A stretch of DNA of 62,539 nt, filler included, from Chrysochromulina tobinii (lineage: Eukaryota): assembly GCA_001275005.1 (NCBI GenBank). It is 7 parts of 7 records of this genome, joined end to end, with 100 filler letters (N's around TTAATTAATTAA, not from the genome) between each part and the next. Parts side by side here need not be neighbours in the genome. Positions count along the whole stretch, not along the records: positions 42,435 to 49,897 come from JWZX01000959.1; positions 49,998 to 56,368 come from JWZX01000960.1; 5 more parts are not named here. One strand, written 5' to 3'. Both the position numbers and the translations under genes were made by a program. This document shows, one piece after another, positions 42,435 through 55,149 of this stretch. Every line of letters starts with the position of its first letter. Within the stretch, counting starts at the first letter, position 1. The notes below the pieces were generated by a model. The model worked only from the letters and a program-made list of their open reading frames with translations. It was not told where the DNA came from and ran no database searches.

Positions 42435-43100
42435 TTCCGCGCCGCCTTCCGCGCCGCCTTCCGCGCCGCCTTCCGCGCCGCCTTCCTCGCCGCCTTCCGC
42501 GCCGCCTTCCGCGCCGCCTTCCGCGCCGCCTTCCTCGCCGCCTTTCTTGCCCTTGCCGCCTCTCTGCAGGCCGCCTTTCTTGGGGCCTTTCTTAGTATCG
42601 CCTTCCATGGCGTTGCGGAAGATTGGCGCCTCAAAGTCATCTTCGTTGTTCTTGGCAATGGGAAGCGCGGCAGCGCCGCCCTCATCCTCATCCTCATCGA
42701 CATCGTTTACGACTCCGGGCCGTCGGCGCACTGGCGCGGCAGCGCCGCCCTCATCCTCATCCTCATCGACATCGTTTACGACTCCGGGCCGTCGGCGCAC
42801 TGGCAAGAGGAACCTGTCGTCCGTTTCGTTCCCGGGGCCTTCGTCGGGCATGTCCGTATGTGCGCCCAACAGTGCAACGTGACCATTATACGCCCGGAGG
42901 CAATGTAGGTTGCAGAAGTAATAGCCATTCACCGGCATCACCACCGCTTTGCACAATACCCATGAGTGAACCGGCATATTGTGACCCGGCTCATAACGCT
43001 TCAGCAGGCAGCTGTGGACCAGGCCACTGGCTTCTTGACTGCAAGAGCCGCACCACTCCATTTCATCATCGTCAGCGGGCACGTCGTCGTCGTCACTCAT
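42435..43100 (-). CDS. Cys/His-rich protein with acidic and EGGA repeats, probably TE-derived (3'-truncated)
   Basis: CGSC...HSC...H...C...FCNLHC. Duplicated PVRRRPGVVNDVDEDEDEGGAAA. (EGGA)n tail. Confidence 0.4.
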
Positions 43101-43140
43101 GGGTGCGCCTTGCGGATGCGTCACGTCCTGGCGCGAAGGT

Positions 43141-43232
43141 GGGTGTAAAGGTCCGAAACTTCGCACCCAATGGGTGCGAAGTTTCGGACCTTTGCACCCA
43201 CGTGGGTGCAAAGGTCCGAAACTTCGCACCCA
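43141..43232. repeat. Three alternating-orientation copies of a 29-bp unit GGGTGCAAAGGTCCGAAACTTCGCACCCA
   Basis: Forward/reverse/forward arrangement directly visible. Confidence 0.85.
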
Positions 43233-44384
43233 TTTCGGTAAAAAGACACAGGGGGGAGCCGGGAATGGGTACTTTGGCGTACAGTACCGGGAGCTGTGTT
43301 GGTACACGACTGTCACACGTCACACGAACCACCACGTTCAGACCGTCGGTCTCCCCTCTCCCGCTTATCTCCCGCCTCACGCGGCGGCGCGTCCTGCTCG
43401 AAGAAGACCGTGAGTCTCGAAGAAGTAGAAGACCGCGGAACTCACGCACCCGGCCCGGTCAGCGGAAACCGCGGACGCCACCTACGGACGCCTCCCACGC
43501 AGACGGGCGGGTCGGCGGCGGGCGCAGGCCTGCGGCGCACGCCGCAGCCGGGCCGGCACGATCGGTGCGAGGCTCCAAGGCAGCCTCTGTGGGTAACGCA
43601 CACGCACCAGGCGGGGAGGCGACGATGCCGGGGCGCGGCGCGTGGAACCAAGATGGCGGGGCGCGGCGCGTCGAGACAATCGCGCCATCGTCGCCTCCCC
43701 TGGTTCAGCTCGGATGCCGTCCCACATCGCCTTGCAAAATGCTCCCGTGCCCGTCGGGGCGGCGTTGGAGACGCCGGCGGCATCGAACCTGCGTGCACCG
43801 ACGCGCCCGATGGCGCGCGCCCCCGTGGGGAACGCAAAGACGCACTCGACACCGTCGCAAGACGACGGTGTCGAGCACAAGTAGCTTATGTCGCCGCCGC
43901 CGTCGCCTCCTCCGTGGGTGTCAAGCCGCAGGTCGAGGCATCCGGCGCCGGTTGCGCCGCGCAACGCGCTTCGTCGGCGCCTTCGCCGCCGCACCTGCAC
44001 AGCACGCGCGCGCGCTCAGCGCCATCGATCCGTGCTGCAGGCACGAGCTGGCCCAACTTGGGAGTATGAGCGCAGCTCCTCCGTAGCGCGCGGGCTTCAA
44101 GGCGCGCGGCGAAGGGGGCGCGCAGGTCGATGGCAAACGGAGAGATTCTCGGGAGCAGCTCTACCCTCCAACGCGCCTGGAGCCGGCCGCAGCTAGGCGT
44201 AGGCGCGCGCGCACGCACCCGCGGCTGCCCAAACAACCAAAAAACCGACCCCTCTGCATGGCCACGGAAAACATTTTCTTCGAACCTACTCGAAACCTAC
44301 GCCGACCATATGATCTATTGAAGGCATCCCGGGCTTTTCTCCCGACTCTTTTCACCGCTTTATTTCGAGGTTTCTCATCAATAG

Positions 44385-45396
44385 GACCATCGCACCGGAG
44401 TGGCTGCTGGACAGCTGCGTGCACCGCAGTGTTCATAATTTCTCTACTTTCAACTGCGGAAATGTGTACGGTTTCTACAACAACTTCTTCGCTACACGCG
44501 TGGGCTTCTGGATGCGCGACGACGTGCAAGACTTTCTACGGCATGCCGACCAGTCCCATCATATCTACGTCCACAGGTGCCCACCTCTCCCAATTCACAA
44601 TTGTCCTTCCCGCTGTCCTCCCCGCTTCCTATTTGCGACTCCTGCGCCCTTCAGGTGGAACGACATTCTATGGCAGTCGGCCGCTGTTCAGATTTTCTTG
44701 CCACCTAACCGGGTGGAGATGAATCGCGACTTTGCATATGAGCACGTAACCTTTGGCAAAATTAATATCACTGTGCAGTTGTCGTCGGAGATGCACGACA
44801 AGAATGACAGTAGCAGCAGCACAGGCAGCAGCAGAGGGAAGAAGCGAAGCGCGGTCACTACCAAAGTGAGCACGAGATGCATAACATACGGTGGACTTGT
44901 ACTCGGCGAGCGTGGCAATCAAAGCGCTGCGATGGCGCGGCTGCGTAGTTTGATCCAAATGCCGATGTGCCGTGAAACTACCGCCAAGCGTCGACAAATA
45001 CGTGCGTGTCTTGTGTCGGACTTCACAGGCACGAGAGCGATTCTGGTTGGCACTGTCTCCAACCAGGGAGCGCACTGTAGCCATAGGGAACCGCGGCCCT
45101 TTTACTGTGCGGGCAACGCGACCTCTGGCGACTATCCTATGCCATCACAGCAGGCACAAGACTCTCTTGCAAGAACAAAAATACCTCCGCAGCAGAGTGA
45201 GCCGTCGAAGTTTCGGCTGCATCCAGCCATGATCATGCATCCAACCGACCGTGACAATTTTAGGCTGGATGCAGAATGTTCATGCTCGCCCAGTTGGAAG
45301 ACACGGACCAGCGATTACAAGAAATGCCTGCTCGATATGCGCACACGTGAGCTGAACAACCCAGTGCATGCTCATGTACAACAACGCAACCATTAG
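44385..45396 (+). CDS. GT15 (KRE2/MNT1-like) mannosyltransferase 3' portion; intron 44577-44654; 5' exons not found
   Basis: FYNNFFATRVGFW...FLRHADQSHHIYVHR|WNDILWQSAAVQIF...DFAYEH resembles the GT15 NF...RWGD...Y.H block. Confidence 0.55.
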
Positions 45397-45528
45397 AGAA
45401 CCCATCACTATCGATTAATAGAAGGTGACCGTTGCGTGTTCACAGAATGATTCTCACGCCTCCTCGCACGCACAAACACGCCTTATACAGGGCCACCGAC
45501 ACCACGCGGTTCGGCGAGGGGGATAGTA

Positions 45529-46383
45529 ATGGTAGAGGCGTTCCGTATGTCTCTCGCGACGATGCTCGCAATCATCGTGTCCGCCTCGCTTGTGACGAGC
45601 ATGCGCACGCAACAGACAGTTGACCTCGAGAGCGTGCTGCGCGCGGCATATCACGAGAGCGGCGCCGTTACCGAGAGTAAGGCAGCCCTTCTGGGCCTCG
45701 AAGAGCCCGTCAGCTTCCTCTCAGTGGGCGATCGCAACGCATCCTCGTTGCTCGTTGTGCTGCTGCATGGGATGGCCTTCACCGCGAGCACCTGGAAATT
45801 CGTTGGCACACTTGATGCCCTTGCCAATGCGGGGATCCCCGCTGTGGCGCTCGACCTCTACGGCTATGGTGGCCAATACGCTTCGGCCAGCGTGCGCAAG
45901 TCATTGCTTCGCCAATTTCTGCAAGCCATCGGCTGGTCGCACCCCGTCGTAGTCGTGGCGGCCTCTATGGGTGGCACAGTCGGTGCACCCTTTGTGCTTC
46001 AGGCGCCGCATGTTCAAGCAGTCGCAGGCTACGTGTCGGTGAGTGCGCTGCTGAGCGGTGTAGGCGTCAGTCACAGTAATGTGCCAGCGTTGCTGGTTTG
46101 GGGCGACCAGGACTCACCGAACTCGAACAAGGCCATCGCGCATGAGAACATGTTCACGACACATCAGAAGGTCGTGTTGCCCGACGCACCTCACCCGTGC
46201 TACCTGAAGTGGCCCAAGGCGTTCAACGCCCTTCTGGTCGCCTTTGCAGCTGGTCCCCAAGCCAGCGTGACGCAGGCCGACCAGGCTTTGCTCGCCGAGG
46301 CTGGGGTGCCGGCACTCAAGGTGCACGCGGCGGCTTCTGGGAGCGCTCGTGGTCGTGCCGTCAAGGCGAGCCAGGAGCTATGA
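45529..46383 (+). CDS. ABHD14-like alpha/beta hydrolase with N-terminal signal or anchor
   Basis: Motifs LLHGMAFTASTW, AVALDL, AASMGG, PALLVWGDQD, APHPCYL. Confidence 0.85.
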   Translation: MVEAFRMSLATMLAIIVSASLVTSMRTQQTVDLESVLRAAYHESGAVTESKAALLGLEEPVSFLSVGDRNASSLLVVLLHGMAFTASTWKFVGTLDALANAGIPAVALDLYGYGGQYASASVRKSLLRQFLQAIGWSHPVVVVAASMGGTVGAPFVLQAPHVQAVAGYVSVSALLSGVGVSHSNVPALLVWGDQDSPNSNKAIAHENMFTTHQKVVLPDAPHPCYLKWPKAFNALLVAFAAGPQASVTQADQALLAEAGVPALKVHAAASGSARGRAVKASQEL

Positions 46384-46538
46384 TCGATAGCCGGGCATAT
46401 ATACCCAGGGAGCACATAGGCGCACAAGGCAGACCGGGGGCGGTATCATACCCCGGGTATCCTCGCCGGCGGTATCGCCACTTTTAGTCGAATAAGGAAA
46501 ATTAAATTTCCTTACTACGTAGGAAAGTTACAGGAGAG

Positions 46539-49500
46539 CTACCCCGAGCGATATAGGTCCACGATCCTCGCCGCCTCTGCCGACGAAGCCATGTTCTTGT
46601 TGTCCCAATGAAGATTCCTATTGGAGGGCGAGCGCTTGGCGCGGAGCTTGCCCGCCAGGTGCTTGCCGGCAGCGGGTTCAAAGCCGCACTCGTATAGCTG
46701 GAGCTCCTTAAGAGTATGGTTGCCTTTCAGGGCGTCGCAGATGGCTTGGATGCCTTCCTCTCCCAACTTTTGGTTCCAAGAGAGATCCAATTTGATGAGC
46801 GAGCGATGGGCCGCGATCTCGGGCGCCAGCAGCTTGGCGTCCTGCAACGTCAAATTCCACTCTCGAAAACTCGCCTCGGTTTGGTCTGCCTTGAGACCGC
46901 ACAGGGTGGCGAGGTTGGGCTTCTGCCTCTTCAACTCAAGCAGCATCGCCACGGTCGCATCGTCGAATCCGTTCCCAAGTAGCGCGACCGACGTCAGCAA
47001 GCCAACGCCCGACTTGAGGTACTCGGCAATCGCCTTACCGCCCGTGGGCCCAAGGTCATTGCGCCCGAGATCGAGCGTTTGCAGCACCAGGAAGCGAGGC
47101 AAGACCTTGGCCAACTCGACGCCGTCGGCAGGGCCCCAATTGAGCCCGCGGAAGTTCAGCGAGATGACCTGCGTGCTGATGGACTCAAAGAATGCCCTAT
47201 AGAGCTCGGCCACCTTTTCCCAGTCCGATGGGTTGGTGAAGCGCTGCGCCGTCTCAAGCAGATGCCGGACCCGCTCCGGAGACGGCGGCGGCGGCCGCTG
47301 CTGAGCACACACGTTTGCAAGACATGCTTCGGGGTCGCTATCACTGGGCCCGTACTTGTATTCCATGGCCTTCTTCGTGCGCCTCGCGAGGTCGAGACGC
47401 AGGAAGGCGGGCTTGACGGCCGCGCTCACCTGCGATTCCATGAAGCACCATCCCGAAGTGGCGTACGGGATGCCTTCGAACCCCTCAGGTACCTCGGTTT
47501 GCATCCAGACGACCGTGCGCGAGTGGCCGTACCACACCGTGGAGAGATCCATGCCTTGTCCAAAGAGCGTCGTCTCAGCGTCAGTACGCGGCTCCTGGTG
47601 CAGGCTCGGAAAGTCCCAAAACATCGCAAGTTCTGGAGGGCCGAGGTCGCGCTCCTCGAACGCATCGGCCAGGTTCGATCCGATGCCGCTCAGGCCGAGG
47701 TATAGCTCGGCGACCACCGCCACGATGCCGAGGTGGTACCCGTTCGGGTCGGGATGGTCCGGATCGCGCCCTTTTCGAACCTTCGTGAGCCACTTGTACG
47801 AGAGCGAGACGAAGAGCAGGCCAAAGTCGTCGCCAAGCGCCAGCGCGACCCTCCGCAACTCATCCGCCGTCCAGAACGCCTCGGGCGGAAGGTCCTGCCG
47901 GCGCGCGAGGCGGCCGCCGCGCTTGTGCAGGCCGATGAGCCAGGTGCCCTTGACGGGCGCGATCGCGCCGCTCTCCACCGACTTGAGCAGCGTCTCAACG
48001 CCAAAATAGGGGTTCTCGCTGGCGGCGGCGGCGGCTGTGCTCGGGTTCGTATTCTTGGCGGTGCTCATCTGCGTCTGCGACTGGGGCATGGGCGAGCTGC
48101 CGAAGCCGACGGAGAGCGCGCCCTGGGCATGGGTTGCTTTCGAGGCGGAGGCGCGCCTCGCATTCAGAGGGTCCTTCTCGATGAGCTCGGTGGTACTCCG
48201 CATCACGCGCAGCAGGTTCTTGATGCCGGTCATGTAGCCGTCCTCCTCGCATGCGGCGGTGCCCTTCCACGGCCTCGTGTGGTCGGTAGAGGTGCCCGGC
48301 GCCAGCGGGGACACGAAGCCAAAGTTGATCATCTTGAGCTTCACCTGGGGCGAGATCGCGATCCGAACAGGGCGAGATATGATCTGGCAAGGGGGGTGGC
48401 ACTCAAGGGGCGAGAGGCACCTCCGAAGCCCTCAGGGCGAGCTCAGGGGAGATCAGGTACGAGTGGCTCTTCCGAAGCCCTCGAGCGCAGCACACACGCA
48501 TACCTTTTCGAGGCGCGCCTTGTCATCGTAGAAGAGCAGCAGGCCCGAACGGAGCATGAGGTGCGACGAGAAGAAGGAGGAGCGCAGCAGCGCCGCGATG
48601 AGCGTCTCGAGCTTGACTACGAACTCCTTGGCGAGCGCGGCGTCGTACTGCAGAAAGGTGGCCAAGGCCTTGCACACGTCCGATTCCTCCTTGAGGGTCT
48701 CGAGGTATTTCCCCACAGGCAGCGGCAGATCGGCGAGCTCACCGTTGACGACGGTTCGAGAGGCATCGATGCGGAAGCCGAGCTGCGCTGTGGAAGCATG
48801 CTCGTCGAGGAAGGTGAGGTAGCGTAGCAGCGACACGCCTCCCGCCGCCTTGTCGGCCTCGGTCACAGCGCCCGGGTCGAACTCAAGCATCCGATCGAGC
48901 CTCTCCGGTTGCAGGTCCGCCTGCGCCTCGGGTGCAAAGTCATCCGCAACAACGGTACGTACGCCCATCAATATCCCCATCGCGCACGGCACCGTCATGC
49001 CTGCTGCAAGGTCCTGCATCCGGATCTCAAATTGCTCCAGATGCTCCGCCACCGCCTCCGCCGGCGCCGGCGCATTCTCGGCGTGACTCGCTTTCGGAGA
49101 CGAGGGAGGGCTACCGCCGCGATCTTGAGCACCGGCCTGTGCGACCCCTGCCAAGCTGCGATCACCCGCGCTCGGGATTCGGAAGAGGGTGACCGCCCGC
49201 GCGGCGGCCCGAAACGTGATAGGGCTCCTGGTACCCTGGCGCGTGACCGAGCGCCGGAACGACGACCTCTCCTCGGGATTGGCATCGTCGTCCGCGGCGC
49301 TCTTGACCGAGTAGATGGCCGGGACGTGGTTGGCCAGGTGGCTACACGCACCGATGGCGCGAAAGATCTGCGCCTCGCGCGCCGAGCAGAGCTTGCGCAT
49401 CACGGCAAGCCCCTCGCGCTTCCAGGGGTTCGGCAAGCCGATCGCCTTGGCGAGGTGGGAGGGGCCCGCGGCAGACTGCGCCATCATCGCCGCGCGGTTG

Positions 49501-49897
49501 GAGAAAGCCTGTTCAATCTCCTTGGGCGTCACCTCGACGTGCATCACGGGCTGAGGTGGCAGCACTTGCCTGTCGCCGTCGGTGAGCCACTTGTGCGCGC
49601 GCAGCTGCATGAGCGTGAGCCGGCGCTCAATATCGCGCGTGAGCAGCCCCTCAATGACCGCTCCAACGCCGGGCGACACCTCCTTTGGCGCTGGTGTGAC
49701 CTCCTCCGCCTGTTGGATTTGCTCCATCAAGAGCATCACCGTCGGCGCGTTAAAGGGCATTCGGCCCGTGAGCCAAAGATACATGGTGATGCCGACGGCC
49801 CAAAGGTCGACCACGCGGTTGTCGTACTGGCCCGACGAGTCGCGGCTGCACAGCTCGGGCGAGAAGAACGGAGGCGTACCCACCGTCTTCGCAGCGC
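46539..49897 (-). CDS. Multidomain protein: Ser/Thr kinase C-lobe, degenerate inositol-polyphosphate kinase, HET-like domain, RNI-type LRR (5'-truncated); intron 48345-48503
   Basis: Kinase GTPPFFSPE...DLWAVG. IPK-like QDL...PCAMGILMGVRT, STAQLGFRI, SGLL, MINFG, EDGY. HET-like SLSYKW...DHPDP...FWDFPSLHQ...YATSGWCFME. LRR LQTLDLGRNDLG, LIKLDLSWN. Confidence 0.75.
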
Positions 49898-50080
49898 NNN
49901 NNNNNNNNNNNNNNNNNNNNNNNNNNNNNNNNNNNNNNNNNTTAATTAATTAANNNNNNNNNNNNNNNNNNNNNNNNNNNNNNNNNNNNNNNNNNNNCTG
50001 TGGTGCGCGTCGGAGACGACGGAATCCTCTGCGACATCGAGAGAGCGCTTGCCATGCACGAAGCTGGCGACGAATAGATA

Positions 50081-50306
50081 GACCATTCAATCCCAAACAG
50101 GTGTAGGGTTGGGGCCTTATAAACATGAGAAATAGTAGACCACTCCCTCTTGGGTCAACCATTCATTTCCCAAACCGGTGTAGGGTTGGGGCCTTATAAA
50201 CACCACAAGAAAAATAGTAGACCACTCCCCCTTGGGTCAAGACCATTCAACACCATTCAATTCCCAAACAGGTGTAGGGTTGGGGCCTTATAAACATGAA
50301 AAATAG
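50081..50306 (+). repeat. Three tandem ~80-90-bp AT-richer repeat units
   Basis: Unit CCATTCAAT(T)CCCAAACAGGTGTAGGGTTGGGGCCTTATAAACA...AAATAGT. Confidence 0.85.
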
Positions 50307-50589
50307 TTGCGAGCGGTAGGGGGGTCATTTCCCCCGGTGTGGGTCCTTTAGGCAACCATGCTATCGGAATCATACCTAGAGACCGGTAGACGCGGTGAGC
50401 TCCGGCGAGATACCGGGGGATTCCTACGGGAGATCCGGCGAGGTATACGGGAGCTCTGGCGAGGTACCGGGGAATCTTTGTGGGAGAGACGAGAGTGTTT
50501 GTGACCCTGTTCAGTCTAAACACCAGTCTTCAGCCTCTCGGGACTCAACGACCTCTATGCCTCCGAGGTCCCCCTCAGGCAAGTTCTTC

Positions 50590-50982
50590 CTAAGTTCTTC
50601 CTTGAGCATGGCCTTGAAAATCGCGAACGGCGCTCACGTACACAGGCGCGGCAAAGGGCAAAGGAAAAGGCAAGGGAGCCGCGAAAGGATCCACGCCCGC
50701 TAAAGGCAAAGGCGGGAAAGGCGCCCCTGGCAAGGGCTCGACCGGCAAAGGCACATCGGGTCTCGCATGCGCCGTCTGCGGCAAAGCCAACGTGCTCACG
50801 AGCGTGGTGATGGACACGATCGTGCCCTCGTACCACTTGTCCAGCTCGGGCTGGTTCTTGACGCCCTGCCAGAACACCTTGATGCGCGTGCCGATCGGCG
50901 CGTCGATCAAGATCACCGGTTCCTTGGGCGCAGGTACTCGCGTCTGGTTCTTGGGCGGGAGCGCATAGTCTAGGGGGGTCAA
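50590..50982 (-). pseudogene. Fragment with a Tudor-like domain
   Basis: IGTRIKVFW...DKWYEGTIVS. No clear start codon. Confidence 0.4.
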
Positions 50983-53522
50983 GCATTCTTTAACCCTATT
51001 ACACCGTTACAATCTATTACACTGTGTACCCAATTTGAAATTACAATTGTAACCCTACCGTTACAATTGTAATTGGCTTTAACCCAATTTGGAATTTACC
51101 GGTGTGACACGCCATGTTGGTCGCTTTCAACCGTTCCACGAGCTGCCATACTCTAGTTCACAAACCAGCCCAAAACCCCAATGTCGCCTAAAAAAGCAAG
51201 CGCGGGAAATGCCCCCTGAGACTCGAACCAGCTTATTTTCACTGTCTGGCTCCACCGTTGTCCATTCTTTCCTCACCCTCCCCCGCCCCGGGGGCCTTGG
51301 CACTAATTGATTTATGTAGGGCTGAGTTCCAAAATTACCCTAATGAGTGCGAGCGCAGTCATGCATGCCGCAGTGCGGCGCGGAAGTGCGGGAACCCCGG
51401 GTTGGTGAGGAAGCGTGCCAACTGGCCGGCCGGGTAGGCAAGGTGGAAGTGCAGATAGCCCACGACTATCTTTTCTAGCTATTGAATACACACCATTCCA
51501 GGTCGCTCTGCATGGGCCGACGACGACATGCGAATGCTGCGTCTCGGGCCCATGAACGTGCTCCAAGGTGTTGACTGCAGTGTGTGGCTGCAGTTACCCC
51601 GGGGAGAAGGCGCGTCGCGAGTTGCGACGTCGTCTTTCGTCGGCTCTGCTCCTCGCCGGCCCGTACACGTGCACCGTCACTCGGGTGCCCGGCGACGACC
51701 GCCGCGATCGGCTGATACTTACACCAAAGAGTGGCCTAGTGGTGAGGATCAGGGATCTGTGCTCGGTCTGGGCCCATTCGGAAGCGTTCCGCTTCAGCGA
51801 TCAGTCAAAGTTGGGATCGATGCGCCATATTTTGCTTCGTCATTTCCCATCAAGTTTCGGCGTTCTCTCATGGCGGCCGGCCTTCAGGCTCGGTACGTCC
51901 TCGGCGCCCTTTGCTGGCGCTCTCTTTGATCCTGGAGCCGTCCCGAGTGGCTCAGGCTGCACACGGTGTCGGAATCGATCGCCGGGAAAGGTGTGGCTGC
52001 CATAAGCGCGCGCGCACCTTCAGCCACCTCTCCATCACCGTCCTCCTGCTCTTCCTTGCACGCCATGTGCATGTGCGGCGCCATTCCATGCATATCTTCG
52101 CCTGCTGAAGCATCTCTTGCTTACGTTTGGTCGCCTGCTGATCGAAGGAACATTCGGCCACCTGAGCTTGCCATCACATATCGTCAAATTGCTGCTCATG
52201 ACCACGTCGAGAGCAGCCAGCTGACTGCAGTGGTAGAACCTTCAGGACGGGCGTTGTTCTTCGGCTCTGGCCACGCTCCCGGCGGCTATCGATAGCTACG
52301 GGCCGAGCTGCGCGCGGCTCTCAGTGGAAGTGTGGCCGCAGGAGGTCGCCGAGAGGAGCGCAGTCGCACCGCGAGCGATGTGTATGCGTGTCGTGTGCCA
52401 GAGTACTTCATCGTCTTATTCTCAACTCTCGCGAATTCTCAAAGGAGAGGGCGCTGTTTCGTTGTGTGTGCGTTCCTTACCACCCACGGGTGTGTTGGGA
52501 ACAGTTGGGACCCATCCCAAACGAACTTCGTCTAGGTCCTCTCCGGGAAGTTAAACGTACCGACGTACCCGCTATCCCTAGCCAAAAGCGAAAAGGGTCG
52601 AATGACGGTCGAAGTACATGATCGGCCAATGGGATATGAGGATGTCGAGGGCGGCAGCGGCAAGGGCGGCAGCGGCGTGAGCGGCGGCAGCGAGGGCGGC
52701 AACAGCGAGGGCGGCGACAGCGAGGGCGAGGACGGCGGCGGAGAGGGCGTCGGCGGCGAGGGCGTCGGCGGCGAGAACGGCGGATGCGTCCGGCGAGGGG
52801 GGCGGCGGCGAGGGGGGCGGCGGCGGCCGGTGTGCTACGCCAGGCGGCGTGCGTGTGCTTGGCGACGCGCGCGCGCGCGGGAGGGCTCGCGCGTGCCGTT
52901 GGTGAACTGCTCGGAGGCGGCGACGCGGTCGTCGAACGGCAGGCTCATATCTAACAGGGCACCTGCGTTGGGGAACAAGGGCACGAAAAGGCGGCACCCG
53001 AGCACACACACGTTGTGTGTGTGCACGGGGCGCGGCTGCCTCTGAGCCGCCGCCGACGCGCTCTTGCCATCGAGCACGGCATCGACGGAGCGCTTGAGGT
53101 TGAACCACGCTTTCTGATCCCTGCTGATCAAAACCCTGCTCCGAGAAGGCGTGCGAGCATGTAGCTGGGTCCACGCCATGTAGCCGCGCGTAGCACGCAC
53201 GCAGGAGTGCGACGGGCGACTTCATAGCTCTACGAGGAAGATTGGCTAGCAGCGAGCGGACCTTGGCGAGCGTGAGCTCCAATGTGAGGGCGGGGATCTC
53301 AACATGAAGCCTCACGCCCACCTCGCAGCTCGAAAGTTGTAGCTCCAACCTACGAGTATACGACCGACGGTCCCAGTGTCAGAGCAGGCTAACTAAGCGA
53401 ATTCCGAAGCGCATTCGATTGGGACCGCCACGCACCTCACGCACGGACGAGGCGGCCGAGCCTCATCGTCTGGGACTGCCTCCCTTCGCGAAGCCCGGAG
53501 GACGCTTGAATTTTTTTGTCCA

Positions 53523-54420
53523 CTATTTTTTGCTCACAAAAACGCGAGTGTGCCACGAAATCATGCCCAAAACGACGCGTTTGGCCACCGCGGAGTCGAG
53601 GTTGGTTGGCGGCGTCGCCGCCCGCTTGATGTCGTAGATCTCGCGCACCGAGGGGTCCTTGACGGCGATGAGGTCGAGCATGTCGACCTCGGCGGCGTCG
53701 CTTTGGCGGGAGGTCGGGGGCACGTTGCGCTTGATGGCCTTGTACTCCTTGATGTGGTCCTTGAGGGTTTTGAGGGTAAGCTCGGTGCCGCTAGGGACTC
53801 CGTCGCGGATCACGCGGGCGTATTGTGCGGCGACCAGCGCCTTGTCCTTGGTGTTGGCGTTCTGGGCCCGCTTGCGGAGGGCGGTGAGGAGCGTGTAGCC
53901 GCTCCCGTCAGCCTCGTCGATGAGCTCGTCCGAGGAGATCGAGTGCCCGAACACGTACGTGAGGGAGGTGAGCAGCTTGCTGTCCTCGAGCTCCACGGCG
54001 TGCTCGGACAGGACGGTCGTGTCCTTGAGCTCGTCAGGTATCTCGGTGAGCGTCGGGAGATTCTTGTTGCCGTGGACGGGCGTGCCTGCGGTTCTGCGCG
54101 CGACGTCGTAGGCGGTCACGCGCTCGGCGGTTGGTGGGCACGGATTCTCGAAGCTGTAGCCGTCCTTGATCTTGTTGGAGATGAAACTGACGCATTCGAG
54201 GGAGTCCACGGCGAGCTTGCCGTTGGAGAGCACGGTGGCATGCTGCTTGAAGAAGGCTTGGAAGCGGCCCGTGCGTTTGTAGAACTTGCCGACTTCGTGG
54301 AGGAGGCCTTCGATGTGGGCGTCGTTGTCGTCCGTCCAAATGATTGGGGTGCCGTCGGAGGTGACGGGGACGAGCTTGTCGATGGTGTTGGATAGCGTGC
54401 TGTCGCCGTCAGTAGACATG
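53523..54420 (-). mobile_element. Orphan coding ORF, possibly a truncated LTR-retrotransposon gag-like gene
   Basis: Strong GC3 coding bias over about 280 aa. Ends abruptly in AT-rich sequence. No pol, LTR or PBS confirmed. Confidence 0.3.
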
Positions 54421-55149
54421 ATGGCGAAGAGGGTTGTGCTTGTGGATCGGGACACTGTCCACCGTATACCACGTCGATGAGCGTGCGAAGCGCACACCAG
54501 GGGACACCGGACCGGGTCGGTGTAGGAGAAGGAAGCCTTCGTGTCCTAAATAACGACTACCAATACAACGCCGGAAACTAGGCGGCGTTGGGAACCTATA
54601 CAGTATACACTCGAGGACCGCGCTCAGACGCTCCCTCCACGCTGTACCGTAGGGACCCTTTACAGTACTAAGACCTTGCACAAAGCTCACCGCTCATGCA
54701 GCTTGGTTAACAGCTTGGTGCTCGCCTTCGTCCGATGTGTGAGTCACGATGAGCGAGTGGGCCCCAGAATGCATGCCAGAATGTGAATCTTAGTACTTAG
54801 AGGTGCCCGGGACACGGCCGCGGCGCCACGTCGTGTTCGTTGCATTTAGGCGCCCGGCCTCCATGCATGCTCCCCGACGCGCCGCTGCTGCTGCCGGAGG
54901 CGCGGCCCTCGCCGTTGCTCGACCCTCACCAAATCTCACCACCCACCTCACACGACGCCTGCACCACTCTCCGAGTCCCCCCAACCCCACGCCAGGGGTC
55001 CCTTTCACATGGGGATCTTGTTTAGATGAAACCCACTCCGCCGTTGCCCACGCCATCGCCCCCTCCTTCGTCTCCTTCCTTGCGAAGCTCATAGTCGCTC
55101 AACGGATGCTTACCTGCGTCGACGTGATCGTCATGAGAGTCAGTAACGA

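Noticed and set aside
50985..51090. TTAACCCT/TAACCCT motifs suggesting a telomere or piggyBac end
   Set aside because: No tandem telomeric array and no matching opposite terminus found.
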